Part shown: piece after piece, positions 54,654 through 64,000 of the stretch
How positions within the stretch are numbered: position 1 is the stretch's first letter
Layout of the letters: every line of letters starts with the position of its first letter
Origin: Epiperipatus broadwayi
Lineage: Eukaryota > Animalia > Onychophora
Assembly: GCA_028023455.1 (NCBI GenBank)
Contig: JAQFVV010000006.1
Location: forward strand, 4,402,001 to 4,466,000
Direction: 5' to 3'
Length of the DNA: 64,000 nucleotides
Notes under the pieces: generated by a model
Databases searched by the model: none
Told to the model about the DNA's origin: nothing
Seen by the model: only the letters and a program-made list of their open reading frames with translations
Position numbers and translations under genes: made by a program

Positions 54654-54941
54654 CATTTGTAAATACGAGCTTTATTAAATTAAGTCATGTGACATCTGAC
54701 TTGATTTTTTAATCATTGTATTTTTGTTTATACAATTGGTTATTGGTGAAATCTGACAGACCAAATATAAATATTCAATAAACTGCACATTTTTTAAAAA
54801 CATTAGATTAGAATTTTACTCTTTAATTTTAGAATTTTAATTTATTTAAAAGAAAATAATATAATGATATCCATTATAGAGATTAATTATAAAACCATAA
54901 AGTTAAAATAAATATATATATAATTAACTATAGGCTTCGCA

Positions 54942-55125
54942 TGATCTAAGTGCAGTGCTCTCAGATCTAAGGCTCCTCAGTAATGAGAGCTACAAGCTGG
55001 ATATTGTATGAGTAAGCACTAGATAGGGAATTGCGCATAAATCTTTCATCTATTGATTACTATGGATTGCACTGGGTGGCACTACTGTATGGAGAATTTG
55101 TCAGTTTTAACTATGGGTAAATAAG
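54942..55125 (+). mobile_element. Family A partial arm, HHR core deleted
   Basis: gtgcagtgctctcagatctaaggctcctca...ggcactactgtatggagaatttg; the GAAAC-TA-GTC segment is missing. Confidence 0.78.
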
Positions 55126-55787
55126 CTATTTAAAGTTCAAATATAATTTCCCTGTGCATAACAAATACAGTTGAATTATTCTAGAAAAATACATCTGAAT
55201 GTTCCTACCTGCATGATGTGTTCTTATTTGAATAATATCATTCTTTGGAACAATTTGTAGATGTTCTGTTCAAATGTAAACATGCAGATATTTTGAACAT
55301 GGATTCATTTTTTCTCTCGATAGATTTACCTTTTCCTCAACAAAAGCAAAATATATAAGTTTATTCAGAAAGGGGTTTTAAGCAGTTGCAATATGTCCAT
55401 TTGCCAAAACGGCTCTGAATTCAAATCTGTATCCAGTAAAACTTGAAAATTTTTTTAGGTTCTAATCAAGTTCAAGTATTCTTTGATTTAAATAGAAATA
55501 GAGCTTTGGTTATTATTAAAAGAATTTGAATACGAAAAAAAATTTTTGACCGTGGAAATCTTCATGACAATAATGAGTAATATGAAAGGACGGTATTGGA
55601 AATGCTATAAAGCAGGATTTTTTTTTTTTTACAATCAAGTAGGGGAAGAAAAAGAAATGCATTATGCTGCTGGAAGAATGATTTGATGATTATAGATTAG
55701 AAGGGAGGGGAAATGATTTTATTGGAGTATATAATAGTCCAAAGAGAAGAAATGCTTAACTTGGTAGGATCTGTTTACTCCACATCA

Positions 55788-58595
55788 TGTGGAATGTCCG
55801 CATATATATATATAATATATATATATATAATTTATTTGTCACTAAATGTGCACAAATTATTTTCACTGGTAATCATTCCCTGAAATCATTCTAAAGAACT
55901 AATAAAGAGAATGCTGCAACTAAAATATATTATGAGACACATGTTTGTAAATGATAGCATTAGAAAAAATTGATATAACTACGTGAGAGATACTCCTGCC
56001 TAGAAATGAGACTGAATGGGTTGGAGTGATTTTAATTGTTCTAAAGCAGCACTCTATGGTTGAACAAAATGGTTCCGAACAAAGCGTAAAACTTTAGAAC
56101 TGTTTAACTGTCGGAAGGAACTACTAGCGATTATTTTTATTGCTATTATTTGTTATGTTGTGAAGCTTAAACTCTAAGTGTCTTCTAGTTTAATGTCTGT
56201 CTTAATTAAATATTAATAAACACTATTATGTGCCTGATGTTCATATTACCGTGTAATTTATTATCACTGATTGGTCTTTAGAAAACCTCAGGACATACCA
56301 GTTGGCAGTCAACAGCATAGAACAGACAACATGGCAGAATGGCACAGGTCAACAGTAAAGATAGCAGTGAAACAAAAAGGATAAAATTAGCAGATGACAC
56401 AGAAGAGCTTCTGCAAGTCATGGGGGCACTAACTTCTATGATTTGTGAATTTGATATAAATGACTGGTGGAAGAGTTGGGTAGAATATGTAGGGTATTAT
56501 ATGTTCATAAGTAAATTAGAAGATGAATGTCTTAAAGTGTTGACACTCCTTTATTTTGCAGGCCCAGATGTTATACAACTTGCGAATAAATTAAATGACC
56601 CTAAACGTCCAGAAGAATTTTCATAAAAAGAAGTTATAGAAGTATTAAATGGCTATTTTGCCCTAAGAATATCTAAATGGGTAACGTGTCTGAGATTGAG
56701 AAACTGGAAATAATTACTACAAGAAAAATATGTAGATTACGATTTTGTCTTAAGAAAGTTATCTAAAGATTGCAAGTTCAGACCAGAAAAAAATGACTCT
56801 TTACTGAACAATTTTTATACTGTATGGCAAATGAAAGTTTTAAAAAAGTACTGCTGAGCGATCCTAATTTAAATTATAAACTCACGATGGTCAAGTTGCG
56901 TCATCTAGGAGATTATGTTAAGTAATGCTTCCAAATATGGATTGCCTCAACAGTTAGAAAAAATTTCCAATACTAAAGAGAAATTTCCTGATTCCTAGTA
57001 GAGAGAAAACAGAGCAAACATGTTATTGTTGCAGGAAATTCGGACATGTTAAAAATAAGTGTAAAGATAGAAATAAAAATTGTAGAAACTGTGACAAAAA
57101 AGGCATTTGACAGTTTTTTTGTCATTTTGGGGATAGTAGAGCTAATTTCGGAAAACCGGATTAAATCTGAAGGAAGATCAAATTATGAGAATGTTAGTAT
57201 AAAGAGGCTGAATGACAGAGAAATGGACCACATATTTTTAGATGCAGTTATTTGGAGCCGAATAATAAAAATGGAAATGGACAGCAGAGTCAGTCTGTCA
57301 ACGATATCTCACAGAGATTGGATTAAAATTAGCAGAAAATGTAAAAGGAATATAACACTTCAAGATACAGATATGATGGCTATAGTCATAAATGGCAATA
57401 AAATTCATATTTAAAAAAATGTGGTAATGCCTGGAAAATTAATTTCTGGTGTGAAACGGCATAGTAAATAAAAATTTCAGTCCATTGCTAGGAAAAAATT
57501 GGTTCTGACCACTGGGTATTCACGTAAATATGAATAAGATGAAACCCCACAACTGTAAATACTGGTAGTGTGGCTATAGCAAACTGGGTGTGGAAAAAAA
57601 CTAGGACTCCTCAGACTCAATTAACAATGCTATTACCATGTACTTGTAAAAATTATATAGTTCAAAATTGGGACAACTTCCTTGTAGGAGAAAAAACATG
57701 GATAGGCGACTTATGTAATTGTAAATGATCACCAGATGAAATAGTGAAAGTAATATCGAAGGATATAAAAATAGTAAAATTACAGAATGGATGGAAGTTG
57801 AAAAGACATATTAACCACCACTGTTCTTATGAGGCTACCTTGCCAGATATTCATCTAAACAAATCCTTAGAGGAAGAAATAGAGAAAAATGACTTTTTTA
57901 TTGGAGGATTTAATTACTGATTCAGACCAAGTTAAAGTAATTGAAGCTAAACAGGTGTATGAATGGGAGGAAAACGAAGACAGAATTACTTCAAAAAAAG
58001 AAAAGGAATGTATTCCCAAAACTGTATATAAATGGAAAAGTAAACCAGCTGACAAGTTAAAAGATTGCATCTGCCAGTAAGTCTGATTTTTTAAAGTGGA
58101 ATGTCTGCATATATAATTTAGTATAAGTAAAGTGTATTTATTGGTAGATGTACATAAATTATTTTATAATTACCTCCTATAATCACTAGAAAACTAATAG
58201 AGTGCTGCAACTAAAATATATTACAATGTGTATGTAAATTAGATAATTAAAAAAAACATTAGAATGCGAGAGAGCTACTCCTGTAATGAAATGAATCTGA
58301 ATATGTTGGAGTCATTTTAATTATGCTAAGGCAGAATAAGCAGTACTTTAAGGTTGGGCAAAGTGGTTTGAACAAAGTGTAAAACTTTAGAACTTTGTTA
58401 GACCATCCGAAGGAATTATTAACGGTTATTCTTATTGTTGTTATTTGTTATGTTGTGAAGTTTAAACTCAAAATGTCTTCTAATTTAATGTCTGTGATAA
58501 GTAAATGTTAATAAATATTATTATGTACTTCTTCATATACTGTGTAATTTATAATCACTGTCTGATGGGTCTTTAGAGACTGTCAGAACATAACA
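55788..58595 (+). mobile_element. Internally deleted Ty3/Gypsy LTR retrotransposon
   Basis: ~500-bp direct LTRs 55788-56300 and 58095-58595; PBS-like TGGCAGTC at 56303; gag (56339-); CYCCRKFGHVKNKC knuckle at 57021; protease-like MEMDSRVSLSTIS; no RT/IN seen. Confidence 0.85.
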
Positions 58596-59039
58596 CCATG
58601 ACATCTATGTCATGCATGAGGATTATCACCTGCCCTGTATGTTAAATTATACATGTGGTCTGACAACTTGGTGTCTATTCATTGTATCTAATTTATCTCG
58701 AATGTGTATTGCCATATCTTGCTTATCTGCTCAACAATTTCCTGTTCTGAATCCACTTCCTTTGTTTTTCACTCATGCTACCTATCGTAGTTTTCAGTAC
58801 CTGTAAAATAATATCGACATATATATTTAGCTACACTTAAAATGTTAAAAAACAACATATTTGTCTGTTTAAATCTGGATTAGGAATAATATGATAATCT
58901 CTAGTTAATAAATAATCTTCAATAAACAATGTATTTCGGGGAAAAAGATGATGTGAATTCAAAAAGTACGGTACTTGCAAATTGTACTAATTAGATAAAT
59001 GCATGGGTGAGTCATTGTAGATCAAAGAATCGGAAGATA

Positions 59040-59460
59040 GTTTGATGTTTCCCTTTATTTGTATTTGTAATTCAAATTTACAAACATTTGTTCACTTGCA
59101 TATCGAAGTGGTTTCTTTCTTCAGTGAAGTTCATTATGATTATAGTGAAGTTCACCGAAAGTGCACTTAACATTAAGTTATAAAGAAAAAAGAAACCACA
59201 TTGTTATGCAGATGAACCATAATCATAGAGAGTTATGATTATGGTAAACTTCACCGAAAGTGCACTTAGCATTAGGTTATAAAGAAAAAAGAAACCACAT
59301 TGTTACGCAGATGAACCATAATCATAGACTTATGATTAAGGTAAACTTCACCAAAAGTGCACTTAGTATTAGGTTATAAAGAAAAAAGAAACCATTTCAA
59401 TATGCAGATGAGTAATGTTTTCAAATCTGAATTACTATTAAATTTGTAATAAATACACGA
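59040..59460 (+). repeat. ~98-bp tandem array (3 units) inside inverted ends; each unit has a hairpin and a variant HHR-like motif
   Basis: ttcacc at 59151, 59250, 59347; ends ~59060-59120 and ~59385-59440 are inverted; motif AUGAUUA-U-GGU..ACC-GAAA-GUGCAC-UU. Confidence 0.85.
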
Positions 59461-60009
59461 AAAATGTCGAATGGAAAGTTTATGTATGTCATTTATAAAA
59501 GAATTAGAAAATATAGCTAATATAGATAAAGTATTTATTATTAAATTTGTAAAAAATACAAGAAATTCTCTATATTTTACTCATTATTAAACTATCTTAT
59601 TTAAATGGAAGATTTGGACACTTTGTATTCTCAAAATGTATAGAGTGATGCTATTTGTAAGTTGATTTCTTTATTTCTAAGATCTTACTGAAGCAATTTA
59701 ATGAAGGGTTTCTACGCTTGCAGTAGGTTTATTGGATTTTAATTTCATTACTTTGGTCGAATCTTTTTCCACATTAAGAGCCCTAGAATAGTAAGAAAAA
59801 AATAAGTATTTAAGCAGAAAGTATTTGCATGTTAAAAGCCGTGTTTGGAATTGAATGTGTTAATATAGTTAAAATCTTAACTTACAGTAATTCTTTGGAT
59901 GGAAGTGGTTTGTCGTAGCCTTGTCGTGTTTCCAGCCAATAAGTTGTTAATTTACCTGTGCCCTAAATCAAATAAATATCACATATATAGGATTTACTAT
60001 ATACTATTT

Positions 60010-60307
60010 TTTAAAACAGGCAAAACTCTCCATACGTATTGCCACTCAGTGCAAGCCAGAGTAATCAATGGATGCCAGAATGCTTGTGCATAAAATCCCC
60101 ATCTAATGCCTACTCATCCAATATCCCCACACTAGTTTCTGTCTTATGGCCTTCGTCAGTGAGGAGTCTTGGATCTGAGAGCACAAACCTTCTGGCATCC
60201 ATTGATTACTCTGGCTTGCATTGAGTGGCAATACGTATGGAGAGTTGCCTGTTTTAATAACAGTTATAAGCAAGCATAAGAAATGGTGATCATGTGATGT
60301 TTATCGG
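60010..60307. mobile_element. Family A asymmetric fold-back with tail and 11-bp TSD
   Basis: TSD ctattttttaa at 60004-60014 and 60308-60318; left-arm HHR has a GUG (non-NUH) site. Confidence 0.85.
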
Positions 60308-60799
60308 CTATTTTTTAAGTGTTAATTATTACTTTTATTAACAATACAAAATATGACTACAGAAAGGTATTTACTTTTAAGTGAAATTCGTTTTACAAAG
60401 TAGAGTAAATTATTCATGTTCAGTTTATATGTTTTTATCATTGTAGCTGTTATTAATATAATGAATGCTGATACACTTTTTCATTCACTTGTTATTATTT
60501 TTGCTTAGTATTAATCTATAACAAATTACTACAATCTAATGTGCAAGACCTAAATTTCTTGCATTCACAAATATGAGATTATTTTCAGTTAACAGTATTA
60601 ACGATTATACCAACTAATACTTTATTAGGTTAAAAGTTATGTCATTTTTAGCCTGGATATAAACTTTAAACATCATTGAAAATTTATCCTTTTAACACCC
60701 AATTACAGAATATCACTAACTTAATTCCAGCCTCTTTTTTTTAAAATCCCCCTCCACACATTATATATTATTCTTTAACGCGCCTATTGAACTATACAT

Positions 60800-62330
60800 A
60801 CGACAAATATATTTAGACAACTGGAAAAGGTGTATTTAATATATACGAGGGACATGATGTCAAATTGGTGAATGCAAGAAATATAACAATTGGAAAATTC
60901 TTAATTCTCCAGATGTATCCTGTTAAACAGATTTTCAGTTTTTCTTTCAAGAGTATTTTTGTGTTTCCAACAATCATAGGTTGTATCTGCCTTCTTTGGT
61001 ACACAAGGTCCATAATTTTGGTCTGAGTATCATTTTACATCCTCAAACTTTTTATAAATTCCCCAGCGATAAATAATTCAATTTTTTTTTTAAAGTTAAA
61101 CTATTCAGCTAGGTTTAAGACAGTGCTAGAATGATGGACTTTGAAACTCAAAGTCCGTGGCTTGCTTCTCCTATTCTAAACTCAAAGTCTGTGGCTTGCT
61201 TCTCCTATTCTATCACTTTGGGCACTCAAATTACTTATTTAATTCCAAGCAATACTTTATGTGTGTATAATGAATATTACAATGCGGATAACATGTAACT
61301 TGGAGCAAATGTTTTTTAATATTTCCTTACAAAGAAGCATTGGAGATGTCAGTATTCAGTAGGCTTGAAAAGTGAGGATTTCAGACTTTTTTTATACTTG
61401 TTTTATCCTCTAGTTAATAATAGCCGGATATCCATTTACCAACCATTCTTTAGCTAGGTTGAATACGATTCAACACTGGAAAAATGTTCCAAGCCTATTG
61501 AGAAAATTTTTATGATTACTCAGCCCAGGTTCAAACACATCTTGTATTACTTGGCAGATACTATTCTTTTGCCAAATTAATTATATTTAACTAATGAGAT
61601 CACTAAGTATGAAGATTTTAAACTAATTCCAAAACTACATCAATGGGCACAGTGTCTTGTATTCAATTCTAATAATATTTGATGTTTCAATAATTAGTTT
61701 CAATCAAGTAGAAAGGTAGTGCCAAAGATAAAAGTAATTCATGGGCTGTGATATCCATAAGGGTATGACACCATCAGTAGTAAATGCTGTATCAAATCAA
61801 CATTCATCTAACCAATTCCAATTAATTTGAGTAATTTATCAACTGCTGACTAGATGGCAACTGTTCATCTCTGGACTGGCTACATAGAATAAAACTTATC
61901 TTCTAGTTAATAATAAATAAATATCCATTCTCCAACCAGTGACGAGATGACTATTTGCTTGGCTCTGAGCTATTTACATAAAAAAATTCTAAGATCGGTT
62001 GTGAACTAAAAAACATTTTCAACTTTTATTCTTCCCAGTTTTAAATTCTAGATCTAGAATATAGTAGACAAATAAACTGATCATAATTTCACAAAGCCTT
62101 TCCAATTTTTATCTGAAATACAACCTATCATATTTAAAACCAGGGAGCTAAACAATTATTGTGGCATTAAACGTCAGTATTTTGGCTTTGATAATCATAA
62201 AATCATGCTGCCAAGAAGATAGATTCAACTCTATCTAAAATGCTGGCTAAAAAAGTCATATTTAACAAATGTTGATAAATCTTGTTTATACTTCTAAATC
62301 AATAATGTTTGTACATTTGCAAAACTTTAC
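60800..62330 (-). mobile_element. Possible highly decayed LINE
   Basis: Scattered minus-strand remnants (LGS.I..D-like); not reconstructable by eye. Confidence 0.3.
61144..61211 (+). repeat. 34-bp tandem duplication
   Basis: aaactcaaagtcYgtggcttgcttctcctattct twice. Confidence 0.9.
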
Positions 62331-62333
62331 ATA

Positions 62334-62640
62334 CAGTACCTCTAATTATTGCAAGACAGAGTAATCAATGAATGCAGGAAGGTTTGTGCATAAAATCCCT
62401 ATCTAGTGCCTACTCATCCAATATCCCCAGACTAGTTTCTGGCTTGTGGCCTTCGTCAGTGAGGAGCCTTGGATCTGAGAGCACTGCACCTAGATCTTAG
62501 GATCTAATGCAACCCTCCAGTAGCCATCTTTTATCTTATTAGCTAACTATAAAGAATGGCAATTGTGTGATGCTTAATGTTTATATATATATATATATAT
62601 AATGGCAATTGTGTGATGCTTAATGTTTATATATATATAC
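62334..62640 (-). mobile_element. Family A left arm with intact HHR, followed by a duplicated tail
   Basis: Arm 62334-62550, then aatggcaattgtgtgatgcttaatgtttatatatata twice. Confidence 0.85.
62424..62465 (-). ncRNA. Minimal type I hammerhead ribozyme (family A, best copy)
   Basis: Minus strand: UCCUCA-CUGACGA-A-GGC-CACAA-GCC-A-GAAAC-UA-GUC-UGGGGA; stem I 6 bp, extendable by UCCAA/UUGGA; ACUAGU palindrome in helix III. Confidence 0.8.
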
Positions 62641-63398
62641 AAATCAATATATATATCAAAATACAGTACAATTTATATAAATTATATTCTTTTAGAAGTA
62701 CTTTCGACTATACACTTAGTAGTCTTTATCAACTATATAACATTGAATAATCAAAACGAGACAACCCTTAACAATACCCATAGTTCAATTCAGATTTCCC
62801 ACAATTCTGTTATCTTAACATTTGATGACTGGCGATTCATTAACATTTGACGATTTCTTGAAATCAACATAGCCTCTTTCATTTTACGTTTATTATGACA
62901 ACGTTCAATTTGAATAATTTTCATATTTTTATAATGAAATTTAAATCCATATTGACAAGATTTATTATGATCAAATATAACAGATGATGAAGGTTTATTT
63001 ACATCTGTTCCGAATCAATATGGAACAGATGTAAATAAACCTTCATCATCTGTTATATTTGATCATAATAAATCTTGTCAATATGGATTTAAATTTGATT
63101 ATAAAAATATGAAAATTATTCAAATTGAATGTTGTCATAATAAACGTAAAATAAAAGAGGCTATGTTGATTTCAAGAAATCGTCAAATGTTAATGAATCG
63201 CCAGTCATCAAATGTTAAGATAACAGAATTGTGGGAAATCTGAATTGAACTATGGGTATTGTTAAGGGTTGTCTCGTTTTGATTATTCAATGTTATATAG
63301 TTGATAAAGACTACTAAGTGTATAGTCAAAAGTACTTCTAAAAGAATATAATTTATATAAATTGTACTGTATTTTGATATATATATTGATTTGTATAT
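62635..63398. mobile_element. Young Penelope-like element 3' end in head-to-head palindrome (GIY-YIG C-terminus)
   Basis: 377-bp arms, 10-nt loop (63012-63021); 63022-63243 reads ...SSVIFDHNKSCQYGFKFDYKNMKIIQIECCHNKRKIKEAMLISRNRQMLMN...*, matching the GIY-YIG tail pattern H..FDF.N.KIL..E....R...E...I.....N. Confidence 0.85.
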
Positions 63399-63764
63399 TA
63401 CATATATTGTGAAACAAATACAGATATCAAACTTTATTTATTACACACACACACACACATATATATATATTATAAATCTGTGATACCAGTAAAATAAATA
63501 ATGCAAACACTCATATATTCCATATGTTATGGATACTATGATTCTGGTTTCATCAGTCAAAAGCACACTCAACTAAAGCAAATTTTCTACAATTATTACA
63601 AAATAATATATTCATGAATTGATGTTCAAAATGCTAGTATATCACAATTAGTAATTAAAAAAAACTTTGCTGAAACATTAAATATATACTATTTATAAAA
63701 AGCATTAATTTGTCTCTAATTTAGACAATTTCTCTCTATATTATTCTATGAATAATAAACAGGT

Positions 63765-64000
63765 GTTACTGACTTCGTTGAAAAAATTAAAAGACTGAAG
63801 TGGAGTTGGACTGGACATATTGCTAGAAGAGATGATAATAGATGGACAATTGAAATCTTAAACTATATTTTAAGAGATTGTAAAAGACCCAGAAAGAGAC
63901 CAGGTGAGATGGACGGAGTGATGTGGAGAAGAGAAGCTAAAGATTGGAGATGGATTGAACTTGGAGAGACCTTCATCCTGCAGTGGATTGATAATGTTTG
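63765..64000 (+). mobile_element. RTE LINE 3' fragment, same family as 33340-34170
   Basis: LKWSWTGHIARRDDNRWTIEILN; runs off the window end. Confidence 0.88.

Noticed and set aside
59135-59410. CRISPR-like array
   Set aside because: Whole units repeat with no unique spacers, no cas genes, eukaryotic context.
2145-62850. Most short ORFs in the supplied track as independent genes
   Set aside because: They are low-complexity or antisense frames of repeats; the informative ones are USP30 exons (17736, 35822, 50806) or TE remnants (2069, 9974, 33278, 33593, 34948, 43243, 45843, 56339, 57046).
187-63398. Calling the palindromes DNA-transposon MITEs
   Set aside because: TSDs are long and variable (11-16 bp), tails are one-sided, and arms carry HHR or GIY-YIG sequence. 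Only 1989-2457 has a true hAT signature.

Overview
AT-rich eukaryotic genomic DNA, probably arthropod (inference from composition and repeat types). One host gene is present: eight GT-AG coding exons of a USP30-like deubiquitinase on the + strand (5067-51036). Its N-terminus and catalytic Cys box lie upstream of the window. The introns and downstream region hold transposon relics: RTE and other LINEs, a NeSL/Utopia-like RT piece, hAT/Buster elements, a deleted Ty3/Gypsy and tRNA-like SINE heads. The most striking feature is about 14 fold-back (palindromic) insertions from several sequence families. They look like MITEs, but they appear to be Penelope-like (PLE) or retrozyme-type retro-insertions. 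Many carry minimal type I hammerhead ribozyme (HHR) cores with a palindromic helix III and compensatory changes in helix II. Two unrelated families carry a variant core in which the C3-G8 pair is replaced by A3-U8. Two palindromes encode the C-terminus of a Penelope GIY-YIG endonuclease. Several insertions share one layout: 11-16 bp target-site duplication (TSD), inverted arm, arm, one-sided 22-57 bp tail, TSD. The most abundant family is circularly permuted, consistent with a ~450-nt circular or tandem RNA monomer. All folds and alignments were done by eye and need computational and biochemical confirmation.
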